64,000 nucleotides of DNA from the human T2T-CHM13v2.0 reference genome, Homo sapiens (GCF_009914755.1 NC_060939.1), one strand, 5' to 3'. Positions 14,237 to 28,803 are shown, counted from the stretch's first letter. Translations and numbers: made by a program. Notes: a model not told the origin generated them from the letters alone.

Positions 14237-16639
14237 GTACCCAGCTGTTCTCCCTCTCCCCTTACTCCCAGCCCCCAGCCCCGTTCTAGCTCCTGCTGCT
14301 TCCCTCTGTAGACGAGTCCCCCACCAGGCTGGCTGAGTCTAGGGGAACAAAGTGTCCCACACTAATGGGCCTCTGCAGCCCTCCCCTCTGCTGCATCAGC
14401 ACACGAAGGATGGTGCCCTCCAGGGGCTGGGTGCTGCCCCCCTCCCCCTCCCATTCGCAGCCCAGCCTAACTGTTTTCTTTGAGACCTACTGGCCAGTTC
14501 CCCAATTCCCCCAAGACTCCGTGCCCACCTCTTCCACATCAACACTGCAAAATCTCCTGGGGAGATGGTCAGGGGGCAGCAATGCCACAGAAGACCCTGG
14601 AAAGCAGGTAGGCCCTGGGGTGGGGGCTTGGCTCTGACCCTGCCTGTGCTACTGGCTGGCTGAGAGTGTCCAGCTCCTCTCGAACCTCCATTACCTCCAT
14701 CATAAAATGGAAATTATAAATGCCCCACCTGACAGGGCAGGCAAAAAGCATTTTGTGATTGGGAAGTGCACAAAAGAATTTAAATGCTATAATAGTTCCA
14801 ACTAATATAGGGAGAGGTGACTCCACCATGTTTCTAACAAGGTGCTGATACTTACACACCTTCATGGAAGGAGCACTTACTCCCTTCTGGGGAAGCCCAG
14901 TGGCAGCATTTACTGTCCTCTCCCTTTATGCCAGGAGATGAGTGCCCTACCAGTCACCTGTCATCTTGAGTCTTCTTAGAGATCCTGTACTTTAAATAAC
15001 ATTTCTACCTTAAGATGGGCATGCTGAGGCTCACTGTGGCGAGGTGGTTGGCTCCTCCATGCAGTGATGCACCCGAATGGGATCTGTTTAATTCTAAAGT
15101 TCCACTGCCTTCTGCCTGTGGGTAAGCTCGTCCTTTATCAAATGGAGCCTGCTTCGGCCTCATGACACAGTCCTCCCGGTGTTTGAAACCAGAGCTTCCT
15201 CCGCCCTGGGTCATCTCCCGAAATGTGTCCCACTCCTCCCTTGGTCTTCCAGGGAGCTTCTGGAGTCCAAGCCCTGGTGGCTCCTCCTTGGGCCAGCCTC
15301 CCTGAAGCCACTGCCCTCAGCGGTTCACCCAGACCCTGGAGCACCAGCCCACAGGGAAGCTGCGTGCTTAGCAACCACAGCCACTGGCTGCATCACGGGC
15401 CTCCGAGGGCACTGCCAACGTGAGTCCCCAGCTGGCTCCATGCCTGCTACCTGCTGCAGGGCCCATGCCTGGGGAGCTACCCTCGGGCCAAGCCAACTGG
15501 AGCTGGACTCCTCCGGAAACTGGAGATGCCCAGCAGGCTTCACTCATCCCCTGAGTAGAAACGAGGCCTGCACAGCTGCTGATGGCCTGGATCCAGGAAC
15601 AGGGAAGGCACCTTGGAGCCTGCCCTCACCCCAATCCCCTAGGAATCACCTCGCTGCCCAGGAACCCAGGCTTGGGGACTCACATGGGCCAGGAAGCCTT
15701 GTGCCCTCTAACTCCTAACCACAGCCACGGTGAGTGGAGCGGGGGAAAGGGGGAAGGTTGAGACTAGGGAGGAGAGTGGGCCAGGAGTGTGGGCTCAGAC
15801 CCCAGGGCTGCTCCTCTCGCTCCCTGGTTTCCCAGCTGAGTGACCTTTGCAAGACACTTCTCCGCTCTGGCCTTAGTTTCCTCATCTGTAGAATGGGGGT
15901 CATCACACCACCTCCCTCACAGGTGGTGGTGATGATTAAAGGAGAGAATGCACGTGCGGTTGGAGGGGTGGCCACTACTTCTTGCCAAGATTCTTCCCCT
16001 ATACCCCTCTCCTCTGTTGCTTCCTGCTCCATTGGCCAAGAGCTCTCCAGGAGAACTAGCAGGGGAAACTCAAGGCCCTCCTTGATGCTGGGGCTCTCCC
16101 CCTGTTAGCATCCTTACCCCATCCCTTTCACAAACCCTACTCTTGGGCCACACAGAACCACTGCCCCTCCTCGCAACACCACCCCCTTTTAGTGGCCCCC
16201 TTGGCTGCTCGGCTTCTCCCCTCCTCACCATCCACCACTTCCCAGGAAGCCATCACAGATCACTTCTGCTCAGAGCACTTGGTCCCACTGAGGCCCTGGG
16301 TGCCACGGTGCCCCTCTCTGCTTCCAAAAAGTCTGGGGACAGAGACCCAGGATATTCAACTTATTTATCCAGAGTGACCATAGCCCTGATTTGCCAGGAC
16401 AGTCATGGCTTATCCATGGGTCCCAGCAAATTACTACCAGCACCACCTTCACTCTCAGAGGTGTCCTCTGATGATGATAAATTGTATGATCACACTACAG
16501 ATAAGCACTTGTTGCATGAACACATTAACCTGGGGTGTGAAAGGTGGGTGGGCAAGTGTGGTGCGAGGAGGATAAGAGCTGGGGAGATGTAAGGACTGTA
16601 CCTCCCCACTGGTGAGGTTCTGCAGCTCCTATTATAGGG

Positions 16640-16839
<200 letters not shown>

Positions 16840-17144
16840 TATTTAAGGTCTTGAGGTCCTCCACTCCCCAGACACATTGAGGACCTGTGAACGCCCATGG
16901 GAGTTCTTGCCCCTTATGCTCTGGGGTCAAGTGGGAAGCAAGTGCGGGAGGGAGGGAGAAGAACAGGTAAAGGAGGGTCTCAAGCTTGCCTGCCTCACTG
17001 TTTGCTGGAAAGTCCCCCCCTTGAGGAGAGGAAAGGTGGACAATGTGAACAGTGGATTTGGAGCCTGAATCCCAAGGCTGCAGCTGTCTAAGATATCTTT
17101 TAAAAAACAGCCCTAAATGGAGCCCAGGAGAAACTGTGGTCTCC

Positions 17145-17158
17145 CCAGCAGGGGGCGC
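17145..17158 (+). promoter_or_regulatory. Candidate CTCF site (intron 1)
   Basis: CCAGCAGGGGGCGC matches the CTCF core consensus CCASYAGRKGGCRS. Motif evidence only. Confidence 0.55.
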
Positions 17159-18249
17159 ACCCCTTATCTGTTACTTCCCTTCTAGGCACCATGTAACTAT
17201 TAAATGCAGCCCATGATAGCCCTAACTTTTTGGCAGCCACTTAATATGGCTGGCTCCCACCAAGCCTGCAGCCCCCCAAACGCAGTCTTTTTTCATGCAG
17301 GCTGCCATTCTGAAAGTGTGCAGTTGTTTTCTTGGAGATAGAGAATCCCCTGTTGCCGAGAATGTCTAAGGTGTGGAGGGAATACCAGTTGATAAAGGCG
17401 GCTGCTGGAGAGGGGCTTTAGGGTCCCTTTCAAAGCTAACAGTCAATGACTACATGAACACCACCGGCTAGAATAATTTTCATTGGCTGATGGCGGATGG
17501 AGTGGAAAATCAGAAAGTACAAGGGCATTCTGATTTTGGGAAGAGCCCCAGGCTGGGAGTCCAGAGGTCGGGCAGCTCAGAGTGACCTTGGGCTAGCTCT
17601 CCCTGCTCCTGAGTCCTAGGGCACCTGTGTTTGGTGCTCTTGTAGCAATTGCTCCATTATGAAGAAAGGATCCCACCCCAACTCTGCCAGAGCTTTACAT
17701 GCACTTCCTCGCCACAGCCTCACCCCAACCCCTGTGAAGGAGGTCCTACCATTATCTTCATTCTGTAGATGAGGAAATTGAGGTTTAGGAAGGTTGGCAT
17801 TTGCCTGAGGCCAGCCACCTGGTTTGTGGCAAGAGCCACGAGAGCATGAGAGAAAGGGAGGTGTGTGATTGTAGGGTCATGCTCTTAACCACAGCACCGC
17901 TGACACCAGAAGATTCAGGGGCGCTTGTTTTCCCTCTCCAAGCTAAAAGGGGGTGGGTGTCCTGGCCTCCTGGCCCACCAGTGGTCCCACAACACCTCTG
18001 CCCACAGCAGGGCTGGCGCTTATTTGGAGTAAGCGCTCCTCTGGACAAGGGAGCCAGGTCATCCACTGGTTGGTAATGGGGCGAGAGGACTCGGATCTTC
18101 TTAGTATACCAAGCAGGGCTCTCTGACAGGGATGTTGGGGGGCTCTGACGGCTGGGAGGGCGGTCAAATAAAAACCTCATCCCGGTGTTTTCCCTACTAG
18201 TTTTTCACGGGGAAAAGGAGTTTGTGCACATCTGACAATTTCCCACGCA

Positions 18250-18790
18250 TGCCCTGCAGAGGCCGGCGAGATGCGGAGTCCGCGGCTGCAGGGTAGATCC
18301 CCTCCTCTGCCCAGCTCTGGGCCGAGCCCTTGGCCAGGTGGGGACCGGCGCGGATATGCCTCCGCTGGGCCTGCAGGCGGCGAGACTTACTTGGGTAGCG
18401 ATAGTAGAATTCGTTCTCCATGTCGCTCAAGTTCTTGTGCGTCCTCTCTGACCACCAGTGGGCGTCGGCCTCGAAGTCGTAGCGCACGAACACCCCGAAG
18501 AGAATCACCATAATCACCTGCAGGAGCAGGCAGGTGAGCGGCAGCCGCCAGCGGAGGTTGGTGTTCCAGGCCATGCTGCAGGGGTGCCTGGCCGGGCTGG
18601 CAGCGGGCGGTTCGGACGCTCGGAGGCCGGCGGGGCTTTTGAGACCCGGGCAGGGGGGCGGGGCGGCCACGTGGGGCACGGAGCAGCTGACTCGGGCACC
18701 GCCCGCGCGCTCGCCCAACTGGCAGGGGCCCAACCCAAGCCGAGGGCCCCAAAAGATTCCCCGCGTCGGGCTGGGGGACAGCGGCAGGAG
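18250..18790 (-). promoter_or_regulatory. RHCG: RHCG CpG-island promoter / 5' UTR
   Basis: Dense CpG/GC-rich segment spanning exon 1. Tandem GC boxes GGGGCGGGGCGG at 18655-18666, E-box CACGTG at 18668-18673, CAGCTG at 18684-18689. No canonical TATA box. Exact TSS cannot be read from the sequence. Confidence 0.8.
18391..18574 (-). CDS. RHCG: RHCG coding exon 1 (M1-P61; includes N48 N-glycosylation sequon NLS)
   Basis: Translates [33 protein letters not shown]...NEFYYRYP, the human RhCG N-terminus. Strong Kozak context (cagcATGG). Donor GTAAGT at 18390-18385. 184 nt. Confidence 0.98.
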
Positions 18791-18874
18791 CAGAGGCTAA
18801 GGCAGTGGGCAGGAGGATCAGGGTGCCCCAAATTCTGTGTGTCCCGTTGATACTGGGGCCTTTCTCCTTTTGTT

Positions 18875-19528
18875 CTGCTGAACAGAGAAACACGGGGATC
18901 ATTGGCCTCCCAGTGAGATCAGAAGGAATTCCCAGACCTAAGTCATCATCATCAACATCATCATCATCTGCCATCATCATCTGCATCATCATCTGTCCTT
19001 TCTTTTTCTGATTATGAAATTCATACAGGGCACATGAGAAACAAGGAATGTTTGGGACACTGTCACACAACAGAGCGGCCTGGGGAGACATCTGTGATGT
19101 GCTACCCCAGACTTGACCCTGGAACAGAAAAAGGATGTTAATTGGAAAACTGGTAAAATCCAAATAAAGCCTGAAAATTAGTTAATAGTGACGTTCCCAT
19201 GTTGTTTTCTTAGTTGGGACAAATGTCATGGTTATGTAAAATGTTAACAGTAGGATAAACTGAGTAAGGGCTATATGGGGACTGTCTTTGCCACTTTTCT
19301 GTAAATCTAAAATTATTCCAAAATACAAGGGTTTTAAGAAAAAAAACACGTATAAAGGATTGTAAGAACAATTTAAGAGTTTTTCACAAGTTCATTGGTC
19401 CATAGTCAGGAACTGTCTTCTGGTTAAGATCTGTGATCTTGACATGAGTTAACCATAATATTTAGGTCTGGGAATTCCTTATGATCTCACTGGGAGGCCA
19501 ATGATCCCCATGTTTCTCTGTTCAGCAG
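18875..19528. repeat. 67-bp inverted repeat (arms 18875-18941 and 19462-19528)
   Basis: Arms are reverse complements with 2 mismatches. The 520-bp spacer holds a (CAT)n tract (18943-18992) and an old L1M fragment. Confidence 0.92.
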
Positions 19529-19859
19529 TATAACAGTCTGTATATTGTCTGCTTAGTCTGTATATTGTCAAAATAAATTTGATTTTCTAATTTTTCTTTA
19601 AAAATACAGAGATAATTGTAGAGATTTGGAAAATACAGAAAAACACAAAGAAGAAAGTAAAAATCACTCATAATCCCACCACCCAGAGGCAATACTAATA
19701 TTTTGGTGTATGTACTCTAGTCTTTTCCTAGCTCATTGAAGAGGGGCTGGAGGGGAGCAGGGGGAGTGTTTCAAACGATCATACTAATTTATAGCGTTTT
19801 TAACTCCTTTCATATTTTGTAAACACCTTCCCATATTATACTTCTACAACTTTTTTTCT

Positions 19860-20358
<499 letters not shown>

Positions 20359-21733
20359 TAACTTTTATAGCAGGATATACTGTGCTTTATCTAGACAATC
20401 CCTAGTGTTAGGTGACGAGCGATGAGGTCATTTTTTATTTGTTTAGTATTACAAATCATGCTGTCATGAACATCCAGATATGTAAGTCTTTGCACAACTT
20501 TCTGTGAATTCCTGGAGGCAGAGCTGTTTCAATACATATCTCTAGATGTTCCCCTAGAAAGATTTTACGAGACAAAGCATGCACCCTGTGAGCCAGGGGT
20601 CAGTGACTTTTCCCATGCACTCTTGCCAATGCTGGCTTTAAAAAATCTTGCCAGTTGAAATCCCAGATTTGTAAAAGCCACTAATGCCATGTATAACATC
20701 TGAGGCTAAGCACCTAATCAGGGTGCTTGGAACTTGAGTGTGGCCACACTGTGCCAGCTTGGGGTACCAGGGTATCCCCACTCCCTTGGCAAAGAAGCAG
20801 CCAGACACTGCATGAGCAATACCAGCAATAGGGACCATTTATTAAGTTCCTGCGGTTGCCGGATCCTTTTGATATATATTTAAATTCTCAACTAAACACT
20901 TGTGAAGTGGACATTGTAGGTACATGCTACAGTTGAAAAACCTGAGTTCTCAGATTGGCTAAGGAACTTGCTGGAGATTCAAACCCTGGGCTGTCTGATT
21001 TCAAAGGCTGTAGTCTTTCTACTGTGCCATTCTGCTTGTCCCCTCTGGAAGGAGCGAGAAGGAGGGTTTGACTTCGTGCATGTGCATTCACTGCTGGGGA
21101 GAAAAACTTCAAGTACACGGCAATGGGAGTAAGTGGAGGGAGGGAGACAAGGGCTGGGGTGGGGGAGGCTGCTGCAAGTAGATTCATGAGCATCTAGGTT
21201 CCCCACAGGAGCAGTGGCGTTATGGGATAGAGGGCAGTGGGTGGCGTGGTCCCTGAAGCCTGGGCCGGGAGGGGGCAGGTGGAAGACCTGCTCACCAGGC
21301 TGGCCTGCTTAAAGGATAGGGAAGCCGGGGTGTCTTGCTCATTGTGAGAACTGCCCTCCCATCCAGACCTCCTCCAGAGTCCCCTAGCACACCTGTGGTG
21401 CTGGAACCCGGGACCCCCTTGGGGGACTCCTTGATGGGGCAGGGTACAGGGTCCAGGAGAGAGACGCTGACTCACAAGCCCTGCAGAGGCTCAGTGGGAC
21501 AGACCTGGAGCCACAGCCAAGCACGGTCACTACCCACAGCCAGCACAAGAAGGCCGTTTGCCCTTGACCTTCATATTTGGTAGACTCAAGGTACAAACGA
21601 TGGGCTTCAGACTACAAAGGGGATACAAGGTTCAAGGGAGACACTGTTATCAGATGGTTTTTTTCTTGGGTTACATTTCTGGGCCACTCAACTAATATAG
21701 GTCATCATGAATTAACATTCAAAAACAAGTCCT

Positions 21734-22009
21734 GGCCGGGCACAGTGGCTCACACCTGTAATCCCAGCACTTTGGGAGGCTGAGGCGGGTGGATCATTTG
21801 AGGCCAGGAGTTTGAGACCAGCCTGGCCAACATGGTGAAACCCCGTCTCTACTAAAAATACAAAAATTAGCTGGCTGTGATGGCAGGCGCCTGTAATCCA
21901 GCTACTCGGGAGGCTGAGACAGAGGAATCTCTTGAACCCGGGAGGTGGAGGTTGCAGTGAACTCCAGCCTGGGCGACAGAGCAAGACTTCATCTCGAAAA
22001 AAGAAAAAA
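21734..22009 (+). mobile_element. AluS with short internal deletion in the right arm
   Basis: Junction ggttgcagtga|actccagcc. Confidence 0.9.
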
Positions 22010-22419
22010 TTATTTGTTTATAGTATATCAACATACCATAGTATTTAACCCTTTATGGTATTTCTCCCTTTGTTTTATTCCAGGAAGCTGCTAGGTCTCT
22101 CTTGACCTCAGTGAGCCCCAGCAATCACCAACCAAGGAAGGGGCCCAGGGAGCCTCTTCCAGTCCAGAAGTCTTCTCTTCATCCCTTTCTCTGCGGCAAG
22201 ACCAACTGTCAGAGCCTCCACAGCCTGAGGGCCTGGGTGGCGTGACCCCTGCAGAATAGGGGGAGCAGAGGGAAAGCTAGGCATTGACGTCCCTGGTTTT
22301 ACTTCTGCTTCTTGAGTAGTTGTGTGACCCTGGGCAAATTGTCAACCTCTCTGAGTCTCTACTCTCTCATCTGTAAAATCGAGACAGTTATCTCCCCTCG
22401 GGTCTTGGTGAGACTTATT

Positions 22420-22597
22420 CTGAGTAGCTGGGACTACAGGTCTGTGCCACCATGCCCATCTAATGTTTTCTGTATTTTTGTAGGGGTGGAGTTTTGCTAT
22501 ATTGCCCAGGCTGATCTTGAATTTCCAGGCTTAAGTGATCCTCCCACTTCGGCCTCCCCGAGTGCTGGGATTACGGGCGTGAGCCACTGCACCCAGC
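22420..22597 (-). mobile_element. 3'-truncated, tail-less Alu inserted in a MIR, with 19-bp TSD
   Basis: TGGTGAGACTTATTCTGAG at 22406-22424 and 22598-22616. MIR sequence resumes on both sides (~22300-22670). Confidence 0.88.
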
Positions 22598-23829
22598 TGG
22601 TGAGACTTATTCTGAGATACAGCATGGCGAAGAGCCCAGCACAGTGCCTGGCATGTGACATGCCCTCAGTTCCTGTTCATTTTTTTCCTAGTGCCTGGAA
22701 CAATTGAAAAGCATGTGCCACTTGAGATTCTGCAGAGAAAGATAGGTAATCAAGGTTGAAGAACTGAGGCAGGTAAGTGTAGGATGGTGGAAGGAGTCCT
22801 GGCCTGGTGTGGGTCCAGTTTCTGTCTCCCTCTGCTGGTGATCTCAGGCAAATTCTTAGCCTCTCTGGGCTTGCGTCCTCACCTGTGAAATGAAGATTGT
22901 GAATGGGTCATTTCCAAAGCTGCTTCTAGTTGCAAGGTGCCCCCCAGCCCAGAGGAGCTAGCCCCTCTGTTGCTTTTCCCCACTCACATGCAGCCTTCTC
23001 TCTGGTTGGACAAGCCGAGTGCATTGCTTCACAGCCTCTTGCAGCCCTGCCAGGACCTAAGTCACCCAGGAAAGGCCTCACCCTTGATCCTGGAGTGACC
23101 TCAACCACATTCACTGTGTCTCATCCTGTGTGGGGTTTGCAGGCTGCCCTCTTCGGCTTCCTCTGCCTCTCCTCCCAGCATGCCCTCTTCTTCCTTTCCA
23201 CATTCTTCTCTCTTTCCCACACCCAGCATCCTCCCAGCCACATCGATCATGGCACCTGTCCCCTGTGTGAGGTCCTACCACCCGGAGACAGTGAAGCCCT
23301 CTCCTAGTGCCCCCTGCATAATATTTGAGAAGATGAGACCACAGACAGCAGTAGCAACTGCTAGCACCACCTCTGCAGGCTCTACAGGCCCAGTTACTGG
23401 AGGTCCAAGTTGAAAGTTGGGCTAGGACAGAGAGCTTTTGGGATGAGGGGGGTGGGGAGCACACCACCCTCTGAAGTCATTCATTCCCTAGAGGGTCCAT
23501 CAACTCTGTTAAGACAGGGGTAACATCTTATTTATAAATCTGTCCCCTGCTCACAGTATAGTGTGGGGGCACAGAAGAGGCACTTGGGGAGTGTTCTTGA
23601 AGGATTGAGGAAGGAATGAATAATATTCTTTGAGCACCTAGTATGTGCCAGGCACTGTTTCAGGTGCTGAGACATGGCAGTGAACAAATGAAGCAACAAT
23701 CCTAGTCCTGGTGGAGCTGGCATTCTACGAATGGTGGGGAAGGTTGGCAAACAACCTGGTAGTATGTACCTTACTTATCTACTGTGTTTAACAATAGATA
23801 GGTAAAGCAGACAGCATGTGGGAGGGTGA

Positions 23830-24333
<504 letters not shown>

Positions 24334-26061
24334 TGACTGCCCTTTTCTGAACACCCCAGGCAGCTGTCCCCTTCCTCAACTGCCCTTGGTATTAGTAAAG
24401 GCCAAGCTCTCAGTTTCTCCCCTGGGTGGCCGGCAGTTTTATTTCTGGTGCTCCTGGAAGAAAAAATGGCCACTATTCCAGAAGCCTAGGAAAAATGTCC
24501 CCTCCCAGAACATTCTGTCTCCAGCTCACATAAGGCATGGCCAGCAGCCTGCCCGCCCACCTCAGGCAAGGCCCAGGTGCTCTGCGGAGTGTCTGTCCTT
24601 GTGGGTAAAGGGGGCTGGGGCTAGAGGGGATTGATGAGACAGCGGGAGGGTGGAGGGCTCTCTCCCCACTCTCTCCTATCCCAACCTCCACGTCAAGCAT
24701 TCATACACTGTTTCTTCCTAGCGCTTCTCGTATCTGTCTATGGTGTCTTCCTACATTAGAACATCAGCACCCAAGGGCAAGGACACCTAGAAGAGATCCT
24801 AGCTTGCGGTTGTTGCCCATTAATTATTTTTCCAATGGAATGAATGGATGAATGGATTCTTTCAATTTATTCAGTTATTTAAAACATGTACGGAGCACCC
24901 ACTGCACACAGCTCCATATCAGGCCCAAATAACTATATAAGCATGCCCCCCAGATTTGCACCATAGAAAAGGAGATACAAGTTTGCCCCAGTGGTTAAAG
25001 CAGAATGAGCACTTTCCTGTATACCTGAGGAGAGCTTGATGGGCCCTGGGGTGATCAGGGTGGACTTCATGGAAGAGGTGGACTTTGATCTAGGATTTGC
25101 AGGGCAGATAATAGGTAGACCTTCACCCTCTGCCCTTTGGCTTTTCTTGTCTCATGTATGCCCTACCACATGATTCCAGGCTACCTCCCTCTCCCCACCC
25201 CAGCTTGGTACTTCAGATGACAACCCAGAGGTGGAATTCTTGCCTTGTCCTCTGAGATGGGGGTTTAAGAAACCTGCTGCTCAAGTCTAACAGGCCAGGC
25301 AGGGGTTTTCCTAAGGAACCGGCCTCTTCCTCCTAAAATGTGTGTGCCTTGACAAGCAGGGATGACTGACGGCTGGGACGCGATGGTTCTTTCCCCAGCC
25401 AGGGAGAGGCAGGGTGTGGTAGCCACGTTGGCAGGCAGGGAGATGGATTTCGAGGCAAAGGTGGTTCAGGCTGTCTTTCTTCCAGGTGAGGTGGAGTCTC
25501 CCCTGCTCTGGTGTGGCTGTGTTGAGGGCGTGGTGCTGGGACTGTCCCTGCTATCACCCTTCTCTCTACTCATCCCTCTTGATAGATGACTGTTTGCATC
25601 CTTGACATCTCTGGCCTTGGTCCCACACGCAGCCTGAGGCTGTGGCGAGACACTAGGCCAGGACTCAGAAGTTCTTGGGGCTGGTCCCAGTTTCACAAAT
25701 TTTGTCAGATCACACCCCCTGTCTGGGCCTGATTTCCTTGATTTGCAAATGGGTGCCTCCGTGTCTGTGCTGCTCAGCTCTCATTTTGCTGTGATGCTCA
25801 AAGACCATGCAGCTTGGTGCTTAGCACAGTGACCCAGAGGCTCTAGGAGGCCCGGGCTCCAGTCCCAGCCCTGCCACTTCCTAGCTGGGGGACCTTGGGC
25901 AAGCTGCTTAACTTCTCTGGGCCTTGGTTTCCCCATCCATACAGAGGGTGACAGGAGTACCTGGGATGACCTTAATGCATAATGATGCTTTTAACCCCGA
26001 GACTGGTAGTATGTACTTGATGAAGTGGCAGCTTTTACTATTTGCCACTAGAAATGAATGG

Positions 26062-26215
26062 GGGCTGAGCACAATGGCTCAGGCCTGCAATCTCAGCACT
26101 TTGGGAGGCTGAGGCAGGAGGATTGCTTGAGCCCAGGAGTTCAAGACCAGCCTAGGCAATATGGTGAAACCTCATCTCAAAAAAAAAGAAAAAAAGAAAA
26201 ATAAAAAGAAAAGAA
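26062..26215 (+). mobile_element. Alu left monomer (FLAM-like)
   Basis: Single left arm plus A-rich tail. Confidence 0.85.
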
Positions 26216-26529
26216 GCAATAGGAAAGTCTTTTGTAAACTGAAAAATGTCACAAATATAATTGGTGCTGCTTCTATGACGGTGGGTAATGGCATTCCCCT
26301 CTGGTGCTCTCTGAAAAGTCTGCAAAGGCAGGGCCCAGGAGAGGGGGTCCCACGCCCTCCCTGGAGTTGGGAGCGGGGATTAGGGCTGGGGGAATGGGCT
26401 AGGGGCCCCGGGAAGCAGCTCTGGACATGCCTCCATCATCTCTAGTCCCTCAAAGCCACAGACAGGGCTGCCTCCCCATACTCATGGGAGATCTTCAGTG
26501 TAGGTGGCTTGTGGAGTGAGGGGAAAGGG

Positions 26530-27220
26530 TGTAGGTCTCTCTGCAAAACTCTCTTCCATGACAACTTATGGGATCAAAAATAAGAACAGCAATAGTGGGG
26601 AACTGGACATCATGTGCTGCTCCCTGATGGGCTGCTCCAAGAAGGACACAATCCCAAATGTGCTATTCCTGCCAAAAATGCATACCCTGAATTTAATCAC
26701 GCAGAAGCAGCAGACAAACTCAAATTGAGGGATATTCTGCAAAACAACTGGTCTGGAGTCTTAAAAAGAAATGTAGGTGTGATGGATGTCAAAAACAAAC
26801 AAACAAACAAAAAACAAGGAGGGCAAAGATTGTAGGCTAAAGAGACGTGACAAATCCATAAAATGCTTTGATTGATTCTTGATTGGCTCCTGGATCAAGA
26901 CAAAATCTTAAAAAAAAACGCTATTGGAACAACTGAGGAAAAGGAACTAAGAATGGTATATTAACTAATGGGATTTATTAATGCAAAGTTTTTTAAGGGT
27001 TATCATTGTATTGTTGTTATATGGGAGGCTGCTCTTTTTCCTAGGAGATGCCTGGTTTCGAGGTAAAATGTCATATGTCTCCAACACACACAAACATATA
27101 TACTGAGAGAAATGAAACAAAAGTGGTGAATCCAGGTGAAGGGTATATGCATGTTCATTGTGCTATTCTTGCAACTTCTCTGTTGGCTTGATAATACGTA
27201 AAACAAAAAGTTGGGAGAAA
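26530..27220 (+). mobile_element. Old L1M 3' fragment
   Basis: L1ME/MC-type 3'UTR phrases (cagacaaactcaaattgagggatattct; attcttgcaacttctctgt). Confidence 0.55.
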
Positions 27221-27921
27221 AGCCATTGTGGTGCTATCAACCGGAGTCTCTGATATCTACTAGAAAATATCAGCCTATCCAAGGCCGGGAGCAGAAGCCA
27301 AAGTCAGAGACCCAAGGCGAGTCCCACACACCCTCTACCTAATTACAGTTCAAACCCTGTGGGGCTTTCTGTGTGTTGTACAGCATAGGGTGAGCACATA
27401 CCAGGCGCTCAGCACCTACCCCATCCCTGGCACTGTAAAGGCACTGAGATATCAAGATGTGACTTCTGTTCTTTCAGGGCAAACGGTTCAAGGGAGGGTC
27501 TTCACTCACTTCTTCATGCTACTGCAGAGTATGTTGTCCATACAGCAGTCCAAAGGCTCACAGATAAACCTCAGGATTCCCAGGGGAAGATGGAAACAGA
27601 TTAGTGACAGCAGCAGCCTCCATGAACTGGGCGCTCCTAGGAGTCAAACACGAAGCTAAGCCTTGTCTTTGTCTGCCCATCACCATGTGTCCTTTTCATG
27701 ACAGCTGACCATGCAGGAAGGGATTTTTTTTTTTTTACAAGGTAGAAACTCTGGCTCAGAGAGGTCGATCACTTGTCTAAAAGTCACCCAGCTAGAGGGT
27801 GGCAGATCTGAAGAAGAAAGCAGCATGATCTCAGCCGTGAAGAGGTTTAACAAGTTGGCTTAGTGGAGAAGGGCATGCCACGAGCAGCTTGAGGGAAGAT
27901 GTGGAGGAAAGAAGGTGAGGG

Positions 27922-28134
27922 CAGGGTTCCTCAACTTCAGCACCAATGACATTTGGGGCCTGATCAATCTCTGTTTTGGGGACTGTCCTGTGCGTTAGCA
28001 GCACCCCTGGCCTCTACCCACTGGATGTGAGTGGTCAGGAGTATGACCATCCCCTCGTTGTGACAACAAAAAAGGTATTCACATATTACCAGATGTCTCC
28101 TGGGAGATAAAACTGCCCCAGTTGAGAACCACTG
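27922..28134 (-). mobile_element. MER20 (hAT-Charlie)
   Basis: Termini cagggttcctcaac...gttgagaaccactg with typical MER20 internal sequence. Confidence 0.8.
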
Positions 28135-28353
28135 GGGTATGGCATCTACACTCTGCCTTAAGCTGGAGGTAATCTCTTGGCACAGCCTTGCTCCTGGCTG
28201 GAGGACTGTATCTCTGCCCCTGAGGGTGGGCAGGTGGACAGGGCCTGGTAAGCTCTGCATTATCTCTGTAGGACCTCCCGCAGGGCAGGGCCTCAGGTGC
28301 TGGCTGCAGCTCCTCCACCACCACTGTCTCACTTCCATTTCTGCCTTGGCTGC

Positions 28354-28800
28354 TGTGATGGTTAATTTTACAGGTCAACTTGACTGGGCATGGGGTGCCC
28401 AGACATTTGGTCAAACACTATTCTTTCTGGGTGCGTCTATGAGGGTGTTTGTGGATGAGATCATCATTTGAGTAAAGCAGATTGCCCTCAAATATGGGTG
28501 GGCCTCATCTAATCAGTTGAGGGTCTGAATGGAATGAAGAGGTTGACCCTCACTCCGAAGGAGAAGGGAACTCCTTCTGTCAACTGCCTTCCAGCTTGTG
28601 GTACCAGTGCTTTTCCTGCTTTCAGACTTGAACTAAAACATTGGCTCTTCCTTGGTCTCTAGCCTGCTGACATTCAGACTAGAACTCCACCATCAGCTCT
28701 CCTGGGTCTCCAGCTTGCTGACTGCAGATCTTGGGACTTGGCAGCCTCCATAATCATGTGAGCCAATTCCTTATAAAAACTCTCTCTCTGCTTCTCTCTC
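28354..28800 (+). mobile_element. MLT2-type (ERVL) LTR, 3' end not seen
   Basis: Starts tgtgatggttaatttta...gtcaacttgactggg and runs to gagccaattccttataa followed by (TC)n(CA)n. Confidence 0.75.
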
Positions 28801-28803
28801 TCT

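Noticed and set aside
18575-18733. In-frame open extension upstream of the RHCG ATG (ORF 18197-18733)
   Set aside because: Starts at a non-ATG codon within GC-rich promoter DNA where stops are rare. The ATG at 18574 has a strong Kozak context and matches the known N-terminus.
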